From: Promethearchaeota archaeon
Lineage (GTDB): Archaea; Asgardarchaeota; Lokiarchaeia; Sigyniarchaeales; SOKP01
Assembly (NCBI GenBank): GCA_019058295.1
Contig: JAHPZI010000029.1
Coordinates: 1 to 58,483 of the forward strand
DNA length: 58,483 nt
Direction: 5' to 3'
Positions 9,941 through 20,094 of this stretch are shown piece after piece. Position 1 is the first letter of the stretch, and each line of letters opens with the position of its first letter. The position numbers were made by a program, and so were the translations under genes. A model generated the notes under the pieces. The model saw only the letters and a list, made by a program, of their open reading frames with translations, did no database searches and was not told where the DNA came from.

Positions 9941-10028
9941 TTCCTTTTCAGATATTCCTTATTGTTTAGAATAAAATTTTTATTTTTTTCATAGGTATAT
10001 AACTATTTAGCAAACTTGTATTATAGAT

Positions 10029-10745
10029 TTATTTCTTACGAAGTTTTCTCTTTAACCTTTTTATTACATCTTGAGTTTGAACAACATAAACAAATATTAA
10101 TTCCATAGCACGTAATGCGGCGTTATGAAGCTTTTCTGACCATCCAGCAGTCGCATCGTCTACTACAAAGACATTATACCCTAAATCAGATGCAATTCTA
10201 CTAGTATTCTCAACGCACATATGAGTAACAACTCCAGTTACAATTACAGTTTCTATTCCAAGGCTTTTTAATTGATGGTCAAGATCAGTAGAGGAGAAAG
10301 TACCACTAGTAGTTTTTAAAAGGACAACATCGTTTCCTTTTGGAGGCAATTCTGGGATAATTTCGGCATTTTGATCGTCTTTACTTGGAAAGATATATTC
10401 TCCTATTGTTTGCTCAGCATATTTATTGAGTGTGCGAATATGCATAGCGTAATCTTTTCGATCTGGTCTATTTGAAGCAAATTTTGTATAAAAAACTGGA
10501 AGGTCGTGTGCTTGAAAAAACTCAAGTAATTCTTTTATATTAGGTATAACTAAATTCTCTACTCTGTTTAAAAAATATTCAAGCATCCCTGGCGAAAATT
10601 TTTCAAATAGTTTAACTACTGGTGAATGTCCTTTGACCTGATAATCTTGCATATCGATTATAATTAATGCACAAGTTTGCGGATTAATAACGGGTTTTAA
10701 ACCCCTTCTAACTTTCAAGAATAGGTCGATTTTTTCCTCGGTCAT
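10029..10745 (-). CDS. Isochorismatase/cysteine hydrolase family protein
   Basis: ALIIIDMQ (Asp), LLKTTSGTFSSTDL (Lys), TGVVTHMCVENT (Cys) triad. Confidence 0.92.
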   Translation of the reverse strand: MTEEKIDLFLKVRRGLKPVINPQTCALIIIDMQDYQVKGHSPVVKLFEKFSPGMLEYFLNRVENLVIPNIKELLEFFQAHDLPVFYTKFASNRPDRKDYAMHIRTLNKYAEQTIGEYIFPSKDDQNAEIIPELPPKGNDVVLLKTTSGTFSSTDLDHQLKSLGIETVIVTGVVTHMCVENTSRIASDLGYNVFVVDDATAGWSEKLHNAALRAMELIFVYVVQTQDVIKRLKRKLRKK

Positions 10746-10926
10746 TTTAGGTTTTCCACGAATAATATCTTAATTTATAACTTCTATTAAACATATAAAA
10801 TTTGATGATTTTAAAAATAATTCAAAATAAAACTTAAATTTATACAAACGATTAAGATGATTAGGAGAAATTTTATATTTTCATAAAAGAAATTATTAAT
10901 AATAAAATAGTTTTGTTGATAAAAAT

Positions 10927-12108
10927 ATGGCAGTATTGATTTGGAGTCCATATGAAAGAGCCCTATGGGGTTTAGCAATAGGTATAGGAGTGATTTGTTC
11001 TGGATTTTATATCAATAGGGGAGTGAAAAGAGAAAATCGTTGGGAAAAAACCTTGATGACGGGATTTGGAATTTTTATTCTTTGTTTATCGCTAGCTAGA
11101 ATATTTTATTTTCTTGGTGAAATGGAAATTATTGGAGCTTATAAAAACCAAGGATTCTATGGTGACTTCTCAAAAGTTTCTTCCAGTTATGAATTTTATA
11201 ATAGGATGTATTACCTAGTAATAGATATAGGTTTAATCTTTTTTTTCTTCCTCTTTGAATTTTACATTAAACGAACAAAATTTCTTTTAACAATCGTAAA
11301 TGTGGTTATTGCTGTAATTATTCAAATACTTCCATTTAATTCTGCATACATGCTACATAATTATATTTTTTTCCCTTTTAGTATGCTTATATTTATCATA
11401 ATTTTTCTTTTATTAGCAAAAAATTCTCAGAGCGAGTTTAAGGCCGTAGCACCTCTAATCCTGTCTGGACTAATGATGGGTGCTTTAGCGGCAGTATATA
11501 GTGGACCAGAATTTAAGGAACTAGGGGTAATCCCATTAGTAATCCCGCCTATTCTTTTTATTTTTGGAACACTGCTTCTCATAGCACCAATAATAATTGA
11601 TCCAAAGAATATCTCCGAATCTTTTATTTATGGGGTAATTGGATTTCTTATTTTTTTTGCTGGAATAATGACTATAGGATTCTTTTATGCAATAGCACTT
11701 GAATTGTTTATACCAATTGTGGTCGTAATTACGATTCTTATTTACTCCTTTTTGAAAATAATAAAGATGATGAGAATTGCTGAAGCTGATAGAATTAAAA
11801 ATGATGTTCCCTCTGTAATAGGGATGTTCGCTCGACCTAAAAAGTTAACAGAAGAGGAGGTATCAATCTCCAAAGAAAAAAAAACATGTTTAGTTTGTAA
11901 AGGAAGATTGGTCAGAGCTATGTATATCTGCCCAGAATGCAGTACTTTCTATTGTAATAAATGTTCTGATGCATTGACGAATTTGGAAAATGCGTGTTGG
12001 GTATGTGGGACAGCCATTGATGAGTCAAAACCCGTTAAACCTTTCGAGCCAGAGATAAAGGAGAAGAAGGAAAAAGCTGATAAGTTAAAACAACAGAAAG
12101 GAAAATAA
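10927..12108 (+). CDS. Multi-pass membrane protein with a C-terminal C4C4 RING-like zinc finger
   Basis: About 9 TM segments, then CLVC-x10-CPEC-x4-CNKC-x10-CWVC. Confidence 0.8.
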   Translation: MAVLIWSPYERALWGLAIGIGVICSGFYINRGVKRENRWEKTLMTGFGIFILCLSLARIFYFLGEMEIIGAYKNQGFYGDFSKVSSSYEFYNRMYYLVIDIGLIFFFFLFEFYIKRTKFLLTIVNVVIAVIIQILPFNSAYMLHNYIFFPFSMLIFIIIFLLLAKNSQSEFKAVAPLILSGLMMGALAAVYSGPEFKELGVIPLVIPPILFIFGTLLLIAPIIIDPKNISESFIYGVIGFLIFFAGIMTIGFFYAIALELFIPIVVVITILIYSFLKIIKMMRIAEADRIKNDVPSVIGMFARPKKLTEEEVSISKEKKTCLVCKGRLVRAMYICPECSTFYCNKCSDALTNLENACWVCGTAIDESKPVKPFEPEIKEKKEKADKLKQQKGK

Positions 12109-12269
12109 AGCATTCTAAAAAACTAAAGAATCGCCTACATATATTTTCTTAAATTGATTAGGAAATCTATTTTGGATTTATTTTTGATTTTTTTAAAATA
12201 AAAATCATCTCTTATACGGTAATTTCTTCAAATAATAAAAATTAAAACAACAAATGGATTACCTAAACT

Positions 12270-13073
12270 ATGCAAGACCTTACTACGACCACAATATTAG
12301 AATTTCTAAATAAGGAAGGATTACCACTTGCTGGTGTTTCTCCTATTGAACCTTTATTAACCGACAAAAGGTATGAAGAAAACATTAAAACGATCTGCCC
12401 TGATGCAAAATGTGTAGTTGTGTTTGCTAATATTTTTCCTCAGTCAATTTTGGAGGCTTGTCCGGATAATGCTCGACCTGCTCGATTCGCCTTGCATGGT
12501 TTATACGCAGAAGGAGATGGATATTGCCTTAAAGTTGCCCGTCTTTTAGAAAAGCATGGTTATCGAGGAGTGATTATTCCAGCATATCTTCCCGTGGAAA
12601 TGAGTTATGATACTCTTGGTTTTAAGGGAGATTTAAATTTAAAGAAAGCTGCTGCTGAAGCAGGATTAGGAAGTAGAGGAAAAAGTGATCTTCTTATTAC
12701 AAAGGATTATGGTCCAAGAGTACGTTTGTTTGGTGTTATAACTGATGCAGATTTAGAACCGACTCTAAAAATTGAAGAAGACTATTGCACTAATTGCAAT
12801 ATTTGTATCAAATCATGCCCTTCTGGTGCGCTTTCAGAGTCAGGATGTGATGTAAAAAAATGTAGCCAATTCGCAATGAAACATGGCTTACCAAACATTC
12901 TGAACTTTATCAAATGCTTCGAAAGTGAAAGTTCAAGGGAAGGGATAATCAAGAAATTACGAAGTTTACAAGTATGGGACTTTTGGCAAGCTTTATCTCA
13001 GGGATCTTTCTATGAATGTTTTATGTGCATTAAGGTTTGTCCGGTAGGAAAAATAAAATTTAAAAATAAATAA
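12270..13073 (+). CDS. QueG/reductive-dehalogenase-like cobalamin, 2x[4Fe-4S] protein
   Basis: LKKAAAEAGLGSRGKSDLLITKDYGPRVRL motif; CTNCNICIKSCP, CDVKKC, CFMCIKVCP. Confidence 0.85.
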   Translation: MQDLTTTTILEFLNKEGLPLAGVSPIEPLLTDKRYEENIKTICPDAKCVVVFANIFPQSILEACPDNARPARFALHGLYAEGDGYCLKVARLLEKHGYRGVIIPAYLPVEMSYDTLGFKGDLNLKKAAAEAGLGSRGKSDLLITKDYGPRVRLFGVITDADLEPTLKIEEDYCTNCNICIKSCPSGALSESGCDVKKCSQFAMKHGLPNILNFIKCFESESSREGIIKKLRSLQVWDFWQALSQGSFYECFMCIKVCPVGKIKFKNK

Positions 13074-13089
13074 TATATAAAACGAGTTT

Positions 13090-13233
13090 TTACTTATTAT
13101 CTCTTATTTCTTTAACAGCTTCAACTGTTTGTTTAAAGAAAACTGAAACCACATTATGATTAAACCAGCCTATAATGCCACAATCAGGCCCAACATATTT
13201 AAATCGATCACCATAAAGATTCAACGCTCTTGT
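13090..13233 (-). pseudogene. C-terminal remnant of a cobalamin-independent methionine synthase (MetE)-family gene
   Basis: TRALNLYGDRFKYVGPDCGIIGWFNHNVVSVFFKQTVEAVKEIRDNK* contains the PDCG Zn-ligand motif at its usual position near the C-terminus; in-frame stop immediately upstream. Confidence 0.65.
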
Positions 13234-13272
13234 TTAAAAAAAACTTATTTAATATTTCTTATTTTAGTTAAT

Positions 13273-13794
13273 ATGTCTGAAATAATTGAAAGATTTAACG
13301 ATAAAATTAAGAATTTAGAAGAAACTCTACCAGATCTCAAAGAAGAGGCTAATTGCTCTGTCCTCACTTTAACGACTGTTCTTGAAATTCTTGGCCTACC
13401 AGAATTACAAAGCTTTTATTTAAATAATCTTGCTGTTCCACTTGCGGGAGGTTTTGGTGGTTTTAAGTCAGAAAAAGATTGGAATGGCCCATGTGGTGCT
13501 GTCTGTGGTGGATGTGCCGCTATAGGAATAATTATGGGGGGGCAAAAAAGACTTAAATTTAGCGATCATATGAAAGTTTATCAAAAAGTAACTAAATATG
13601 TTCATAACTTCGAAAAAGAATTTGGAAGCGTCGCTTGTAAAGATTTATGCGGAACAGATTTTAGCGATTTAGATTCTATTAATCTTTATATGGAAAATAA
13701 AATATGGGAAAAACAATGTTATAAATATGTGGTATTTGGCGTAGACCAAGTAAAAAAACTAACAAAGTTCGATCTAAAAAAGAAATGGCAATAA
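13273..13794 (+). CDS. C-GCAxxG-C-C family putative redox protein
   Basis: NCS...LAGGFGG...GPCGAVCGG...FGSVACKDL...QCYKYV. Start moved to ATG 13273 because the track extension overlaps the MetE remnant. Confidence 0.85.
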   Translation: MSEIIERFNDKIKNLEETLPDLKEEANCSVLTLTTVLEILGLPELQSFYLNNLAVPLAGGFGGFKSEKDWNGPCGAVCGGCAAIGIIMGGQKRLKFSDHMKVYQKVTKYVHNFEKEFGSVACKDLCGTDFSDLDSINLYMENKIWEKQCYKYVVFGVDQVKKLTKFDLKKKWQ

Positions 13795-13987
13795 ATTGCT
13801 ATAATCTTATAAAAATTTTTTAAAATAAAAAGCCAAATACTAATATTTTTTTATTCTCTCAATAATTTTAATAAAACTCTAATTTTAAAATTAAAAATTT
13901 TTATACTAATAATGCCTAAATTTTATTATAATTATAATTTTAAAATCTAAAAAATTTTTAAATCACTATTAGAAAAGGGGTAAGAAG

Positions 13988-14230
13988 ATGGCTCATGATG
14001 AAAGTCGTAAGTGTCCCTACTGTGGTGCGCTCCTGCAACACCCATATTGGCAACATATACAGTCAAACCACCCTGGAGAATATTCTAAAAACGAAACTTG
14101 GATACAGCTTTATAAGGATTATACATCCATGGGAATGGATGAGTCAATGTCTTTAATGGTCATCTCAGAATTATTTAACCAAGATATGGATGATGTAAAA
14201 TCTTATCTAAAAGAGAATAAAATCTTATAA
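13988..14230 (+). CDS. Small C2H2 zinc-finger protein with a helical C-terminal domain
   Basis: CPYC-x10-H-x4-H; purine-rich SD (AAGGGGT) upstream. Confidence 0.75.
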   Translation: MAHDESRKCPYCGALLQHPYWQHIQSNHPGEYSKNETWIQLYKDYTSMGMDESMSLMVISELFNQDMDDVKSYLKENKIL

Positions 14231-14293
14231 TTTCATTTTTTAACTATTTCTATTAAAATTATAAATAAAAAGAATTGCTTTTCCTTTTCTTCC

Positions 14294-14641
14294 TTATATC
14301 TTTCCATAACTCTTTCTATGAGAGGATCTATATATGTTTAATAAGAATTTATATCGCTTAGATATAAATGAATGAAGGGATTCGGGCAACCATCTAGTTT
14401 GTGCTATAAAAATAACAAGATATAATAAACCAATTAAAATTTCTCTCATTCTCACTCGAGAATTTAGCTCACGAGAAAGCCATTTATACTCAAGTACGAA
14501 ATTTCTTAATAAATCATCCGAGGCGATAGTAATTTCGTGTATAATTGTATTGTCTTTAGCTAAGTTAAAAAACCTTCTCAAAATTTCTATCCTTAAAGCA
14601 AGTCCATCCAGCGTTATAATTGAATTATATTTGTCTTTCAC
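14294..14641 (-). CDS. Hypothetical protein with one hydrophobic segment
   Basis: 115-aa ORF with a GTG start; no motif recognised. Confidence 0.45.
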   Translation of the reverse strand: MKDKYNSIITLDGLALRIEILRRFFNLAKDNTIIHEITIASDDLLRNFVLEYKWLSRELNSRVRMREILIGLLYLVIFIAQTRWLPESLHSFISKRYKFLLNIYRSSHRKSYGKI

Positions 14642-14759
14642 TAAAGATTATTAAGAAAAATGACAATAAAAATGCATAAGGAATGATTTTTAACTGAGAA
14701 ATAAAAAAATTTTTTTTTTTTAATATTTTATCTTCGCTGTCCTTATTCTAACTTTAAAG

Positions 14760-15053
14760 TTAAAACTCATCTTCTTCGTCTTCCTTCAACAGACCTGATT
14801 GCCTTAACATATCTTCTATTGAATCTCTTGTTTTTATTACAGATTCATTCTCATGAAGATTTAGTTTTTCCAAGACATCATCAGAAAATTCCAGAAATTT
14901 CTTAATAGACGATGAAGAGAAATCCTTTATTTTTTCTTGGGTTTCTTGTACCCATTCTTTTCCACTCTCTCCGAAGGCGTTACCAACGAAGTCTACGAAA
15001 GCATTATTTATTTTATCTAAAAGTTTTTCTCCTTCTCCTTCTTCTTCACTCAT
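14760..15053 (-). CDS. Acidic helical hypothetical protein
   Basis: 97 aa with acidic termini; AAGGA upstream of the ATG. Confidence 0.7.
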   Translation of the reverse strand: MSEEEGEGEKLLDKINNAFVDFVGNAFGESGKEWVQETQEKIKDFSSSSIKKFLEFSDDVLEKLNLHENESVIKTRDSIEDMLRQSGLLKEDEEDEF

Positions 15054-15194
15054 TTTTAAAATCCTTATTTTGGAATTTTTAATTATTGTATTTTAAAGTA
15101 AATTCACCTTCTATTAATAATTTTATCAATCTCTTATAATCATAGTTTTTCTCTCAGTAGAACAATTAAGTATAAATATTTTTACTCATGAGTT

Positions 15195-16565
15195 ATGATT
15201 AGAATGGAAAAAAAAGCTATTACTAAGGAAGATATTTTTTTAAAAGCAAGGATGATATCTGAGGGAGTAAATTTACAAATTTCGGAAGATCTATCACCTG
15301 AACAATATAGGAGCTGGATCTTAGGAAAGGCAGCTAATACTGAACAGGTCAAAATACCTGAAAAGCTTGATTTCGATGATCCTGAATCGATAATAGCCTT
15401 ATTTGCAGAAGTTAATAAAACTGATATAAGTAGCGATTTTCGGCAAGAAATTATCTTTGATAACAATGGTTTACGAGCACCAGTTTATCCAAATAAGCGT
15501 TCACGATTGGATTTTCTTATTGAAGGAGAACATGTTACTGTATCCGAAGATGGAAAATCTTTAGTTACAGGGGAATTTCTGAAGCGCCTTGACTGGTTAG
15601 ATGAGAAACTTTCAAATGGCTTGCCTGTTTCAACTGTTTTACCATCGATGTCTGCCGCAATTATTAACGTTGTTTTTAATCTTTCATGTATGAATTTTAA
15701 TACAAATAGGGGCTGTCGGTACTGTAATCTCTTTGCTAATCCTATATCGCGAAAAATTTCAATGCTTCCACTGGATACTTTGAGATTATGGGCTAAGTAT
15801 CAAGGTGAGGCAATTAAAATTGCCATTGATAATGGTTGGAGGGGCATTCTCGCGATAAGCGGCGGTGCATTTGCACCAGCTCAGAGGGGTGAGTATTTAG
15901 AGCGATTAACCCTTGTTTTAGATATTATCAAGGAGGCCGTTGGCGATAAGATGTATGAAACGCTTCCTAAAGTATATAACCATTATCCCCCTGAAGATTT
16001 CTCGGATATGTATAAATGGAAAGAAATGGGCATCAATGCAACTAGCTTTGACTTGGAAGTTATGGATGATGCCTATTTCGCTGCGATTTGTCCTGGAAAA
16101 GTAGCATATAAACCTCTTTCATACTTGAAGAAAGCACAAGAATATTCTGTCGAGGTATTCGGACCTCTATTAGGTACTATAAGTTGTGTTGTAATGGGTA
16201 TAGAGCCCATGTCTTGCTTAGTTAAGGGTTTTGATGAGAGAATGTCAAAAGGAATTTTACCTTTCCCTCTTGTATTCCACCCGGAACCAGGATCTGCATT
16301 GGAAGGATTCCGTAATCCTACAGCAGAATGGATTGTTGAAGCTTCGGAAAAAATGGCGAACTCATTTATGAAATACTTGCTTAAGTGGCTTAAACCAGCG
16401 ATGGACAGAGCCAAAGAGAAAGGAGGGGAGATCTATGAATTTTCCGCTGGTTCGACCCCGACTACAAGGTTATCAGTTGTATTTGACGAAATCGGAATCC
16501 GTTTGAACAAAATATTAGGCGGCAGGTCGATCTCAGAGCTTATGGAAGGGAAAAAGAAGAAATAG
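15195..16565 (+). CDS. Radical SAM protein with an extended CX8CX2C motif
   Basis: CMNFNTNRGCRYC; ISGG, SFDLEV..FAAICPGK, VMGIEP, PLVFHPEPGS are typical of BioB-like radical SAM subfamilies. Confidence 0.85.
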   Translation: MIRMEKKAITKEDIFLKARMISEGVNLQISEDLSPEQYRSWILGKAANTEQVKIPEKLDFDDPESIIALFAEVNKTDISSDFRQEIIFDNNGLRAPVYPNKRSRLDFLIEGEHVTVSEDGKSLVTGEFLKRLDWLDEKLSNGLPVSTVLPSMSAAIINVVFNLSCMNFNTNRGCRYCNLFANPISRKISMLPLDTLRLWAKYQGEAIKIAIDNGWRGILAISGGAFAPAQRGEYLERLTLVLDIIKEAVGDKMYETLPKVYNHYPPEDFSDMYKWKEMGINATSFDLEVMDDAYFAAICPGKVAYKPLSYLKKAQEYSVEVFGPLLGTISCVVMGIEPMSCLVKGFDERMSKGILPFPLVFHPEPGSALEGFRNPTAEWIVEASEKMANSFMKYLLKWLKPAMDRAKEKGGEIYEFSAGSTPTTRLSVVFDEIGIRLNKILGGRSISELMEGKKKK

Positions 16566-16627
16566 GTTGATATCCTTCATAAATTCACTTTCAATTAATA
16601 ATTTTTTCAATCTTTTTTTTATATTTC

Positions 16628-17818
16628 TTATATGATTTTTTTCTTTTTCCATGATCTAAGATCTTCTTTTGAATATCCTAGGAGATCACAATAAATCTCT
16701 TCATTATTCGCACTATATTCTGGTCCTGATCTATCGACAGTTCCTTTCGTCTCTGAGAAATGTATAAGTGGCCCCGGGATTGAAGCTTTTTTCACACCCC
16801 ATTTTGAAAAATCAAATTGATCGCATAACATACCCCTTGCTTTCAGTTGAGGATGTCCATGGACCTCGTCCATACTTAAAACCTTTCCACAGGGAATCCT
16901 TGCAGACTCTAATTTTTCAATCGCTTCCTCTCTTGTGACTGATTGAGTCCATTCTTCAATTAACTCATCTAATTCATGAATATAATCAAATCTTTTTATT
17001 GGATTATCAAAGCGAGGATCTTTTACCAATTCTGGTATAGTTAAAACTTCAATACACAAACGAGAGAATTGCCTTTCTGTCAAAGTCGTCATGGCAATCA
17101 TTCCATTTTTCGTACGATATTGATTATAAATAGGCAAAAATTTGGACCCTACATCAAGTTTATTTGCCATTGATACAAACTCTCTCGCTTGAGCTCGCAT
17201 ATTCATTGCAAATAAAATGTCAAGCATCGAAATATCTATGAATTGCCCCTTTCCTGTTTTTTCCCGATAATACAGAGCTTGAGAGATACCAAGTGCAGCA
17301 ATGTGCCCAGCAGAATAATCTGCGATTGGTAATTTAGGCGGTCCTTCCTTCAATTCTAAGCAATCAAGAATTCCAGATTCCGCTTGGATAATTATATCAA
17401 AAGAAGTCTTTTTGGTATAGCGCGTTAGGCCTTCATTTCCATAACCAGAAATTTTTGCATAAATTAATCCTGGATTGATTTGTTTTAAAACATTGTAACC
17501 TAAGCCCCATTTTTCCATAGTTCCAGCAACAAAATTCTCAATAATAACATCAGATTTCTCTATTAGTTTTTTAAAGATTTCTTTAGATTCTTCTTTCCTT
17601 AAATCTAGAGAAATAGATTTTTTCCCCCGATTAAGAATCGAAAATAAAGGAAAGATAGTTTTTTCAAACATAATAAAAAGTCGAAAAGCTTCTCCAAAAG
17701 GAGGGCTTTCAACCTTAATTACTTCAGCTCCTTGGTCAGCGAAAAAGATACTCGTCCAAGGACCAGATAAAAATTGAGAGCAATCAAGTATCCTTAACCC
17801 TTCAAATATCTTAACCAT
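16628..17818 (-). CDS. Family III CoA-transferase (CaiB/BaiF/Frc)
   Basis: GLRILD, GAEVIKVE, LNRGKKSISLDL, ENF, IADYSAG (catalytic Asp), GKGQFIDISM. Confidence 0.95.
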   Translation of the reverse strand: MVKIFEGLRILDCSQFLSGPWTSIFFADQGAEVIKVESPPFGEAFRLFIMFEKTIFPLFSILNRGKKSISLDLRKEESKEIFKKLIEKSDVIIENFVAGTMEKWGLGYNVLKQINPGLIYAKISGYGNEGLTRYTKKTSFDIIIQAESGILDCLELKEGPPKLPIADYSAGHIAALGISQALYYREKTGKGQFIDISMLDILFAMNMRAQAREFVSMANKLDVGSKFLPIYNQYRTKNGMIAMTTLTERQFSRLCIEVLTIPELVKDPRFDNPIKRFDYIHELDELIEEWTQSVTREEAIEKLESARIPCGKVLSMDEVHGHPQLKARGMLCDQFDFSKWGVKKASIPGPLIHFSETKGTVDRSGPEYSANNEEIYCDLLGYSKEDLRSWKKKKII

Positions 17819-17945
17819 GTATAAAAAAATTCAGAATAATTAAATAAGTTGTTGAGAGAATATTAAAAGGAAATAATCTCTTAAATATTCTCTATGATTA
17901 TAAAAATATATTATTAAAATATAGAAAATGTGAAGTTTTGAAATC

Positions 17946-19934
17946 ATGAGTGATGAGAGAAAGAAACTTTGGGAACCTTCAGAAGATTGGCTAAAAAATG
18001 TTGAAGCAACCCGTTTTATTGAATTTGTTAATAAGAATTATGGTGCAAATATTACTGGAGGTAAAGAGCTATATAGGTGGTCTGTTGAAAAGATTCCGGA
18101 TTTTTGGGCAGCAATGTGGGATTTCGCTGGAATTATTGCCTCAAAAAAATATGATAAGGTAGTTGAGGACTTAAATGTTTTTCCTGGAACTAAGTGGTTT
18201 CCCGGAGCATTATTAAATTTTGCTGAAAATTTACTGAAATATAAAGATGACAAGTTAGCTTTTGATTTTCAAGGTGAAACAAAAGTATCAAAGCAGATGA
18301 CCTACGCTGAATTAAATAAAACAGTTGCTCGTCTAGCAAAATCTCTTAAAGAAATTGGAGTTAAAGTTGAAGATCGAGTAGTATCCTATATTCCCAACTT
18401 AATCGAAACTCCAGTTGCGATGCTTGCAGGTGCAGCAATTGGAGCAACTTGGGCATCTTGTGGAGCAGAGCTCCAACCAAGCGCAGTCATAGATAGGTTT
18501 GGTCAAATTGAACCCAAAGTACTGTTTACCGTTGATGGGTATTTCTATAGAGATAAGGTTTTTGATATTCGAGAGAATGCAAAGGCTGTTGTTGAAGCGA
18601 TTCCTTCTATAGAAAAGGTAATTGTTGTTACTTATGTATCTGATGGTAAATGTGATGTCAGTGGTATTCCTAAAGCTGTGAATTGGGAAGACTTTATTTC
18701 TAAAGATGAAGATCCACCACTTGAATTTGAGCAATTGCCTTTTAACCATCCTATTTATGTAATGTTCTCCTCAGGAACAACAGGAAAGCCGAAGTGTATG
18801 GTACAAAGCGCTGGTGGAGTATTAATCAATCATTTAAAGGAACTTATTCTTTCCACTGATTGTAAAAGAAGTGATGTACTGAATTATATTACAGCACCTT
18901 CTTGGATGATGTGGAATTGGCTTATTAGTGGACTGGCAGTTGGTTGTACTATATTTCTTTATGACGGTAATCCATTATATCCAGATCCATTAAGATTTTT
19001 TGAATTAATAGAAAAACATAAAATCTCGATATTTGGCACTAGTGCTGCGTATATTCATTATTTAATGGGGCTTGGTGTTAAACCTGCCGAGAAATACGAT
19101 CTAAGTGCGTTAAGAGAAATCTCGCAAACAGCATCTACTCTTTCTCCGGAAGGATTTGAATACGTGTATCGAGAAATCAAGAAAGATTTATTCTTTAATT
19201 CGATCAGCGGGGGTACGGATATTAACGGTTGTTTTGCTGGTGCAATCCCTATATTGCCTGTATATTCTGGTGAATTACAGGGACGTGCTTTAGCTATGAA
19301 GGTTGAGTCATATAATGATAACGGAGATATTGTAGAGAATGAACAAGGTGAGCTTGTATGTGAAGCTCCCGCACCTTCAATGCCTATATATTTCTGGGAA
19401 GATGATGACAATATGACAAAATATAAAGCGGCTTATTTTGATTTTTTTAAACCTATGGGTAAAAATATATGGAGACATGGCGATTACATAGTCATTCATA
19501 GCGACACAGGAGGTATTACTTTTTGGGGAAGATCAGATGCGGTTTTAAAACCAAGTGGCGTCCGAATTGGGACAGCAGAGATTTATAACGTTATAGAACA
19601 ACTTCCTGAGGTCTCTGATTCATTGGTAATCGGGCAAAAATTTCAAGGTGATATCAGAATCATAATGTTTGTGCTTCTGAATGAAGGTTATGAGTTAAAT
19701 GATGATTTAAAAGTGAAAATAAGACAAACTTTAAGAGAAAAAACGTCTCCACGACATGTACCTAAGTTAATCTTTCAAGCCCCTCCAGATGGTATTCCAT
19801 ACACGTTCAGCAACAAAAAGGTCGAAATTGCGGTCACTAAAATCATTCACGGAATGTCTGTTGCCAATCGAGGTGCTTTAAGAAACCCGGATTCACTGGA
19901 TTTCTACATGGAAATGAAGGATAAGCTTCAATAA
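17946..19934 (+). CDS. Acetoacetate--CoA ligase
   Basis: WFPGALLNFAENLL, FSSGTTGKPKC, WMMWNWL, SISGGTD, WRHGD, GRSDAVLKPSGVRIGTAEIY, KKVEIAV. Confidence 0.93.
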   Translation: MSDERKKLWEPSEDWLKNVEATRFIEFVNKNYGANITGGKELYRWSVEKIPDFWAAMWDFAGIIASKKYDKVVEDLNVFPGTKWFPGALLNFAENLLKYKDDKLAFDFQGETKVSKQMTYAELNKTVARLAKSLKEIGVKVEDRVVSYIPNLIETPVAMLAGAAIGATWASCGAELQPSAVIDRFGQIEPKVLFTVDGYFYRDKVFDIRENAKAVVEAIPSIEKVIVVTYVSDGKCDVSGIPKAVNWEDFISKDEDPPLEFEQLPFNHPIYVMFSSGTTGKPKCMVQSAGGVLINHLKELILSTDCKRSDVLNYITAPSWMMWNWLISGLAVGCTIFLYDGNPLYPDPLRFFELIEKHKISIFGTSAAYIHYLMGLGVKPAEKYDLSALREISQTASTLSPEGFEYVYREIKKDLFFNSISGGTDINGCFAGAIPILPVYSGELQGRALAMKVESYNDNGDIVENEQGELVCEAPAPSMPIYFWEDDDNMTKYKAAYFDFFKPMGKNIWRHGDYIVIHSDTGGITFWGRSDAVLKPSGVRIGTAEIYNVIEQLPEVSDSLVIGQKFQGDIRIIMFVLLNEGYELNDDLKVKIRQTLREKTSPRHVPKLIFQAPPDGIPYTFSNKKVEIAVTKIIHGMSVANRGALRNPDSLDFYMEMKDKLQ

Positions 19935-19958
19935 TTTTTTTTTTCTTTTTTTTTTCTT
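19935..19958 (+). terminator. Archaeal-type oligo-T terminator
   Basis: Two long T runs immediately after the stop of the acetoacetate-CoA ligase gene. Confidence 0.6.
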
Positions 19959-20094
19959 GATAATTCATATGAAGCGACTGTTAAAACTAATTTTAGATTC
20001 TTTTTCTTTATCATGTTTTATTCACCTCACAAAAAATCTTTTATTTTCGATAACCATAAGTATACATGTCAAAAACACTTAACTTCAAACTGGT

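Noticed and set aside
13156-13272. N-terminal extension of the C-GCAxxG-C-C ORF
   Set aside because: No family features, and it is antisense to the MetE-like remnant.
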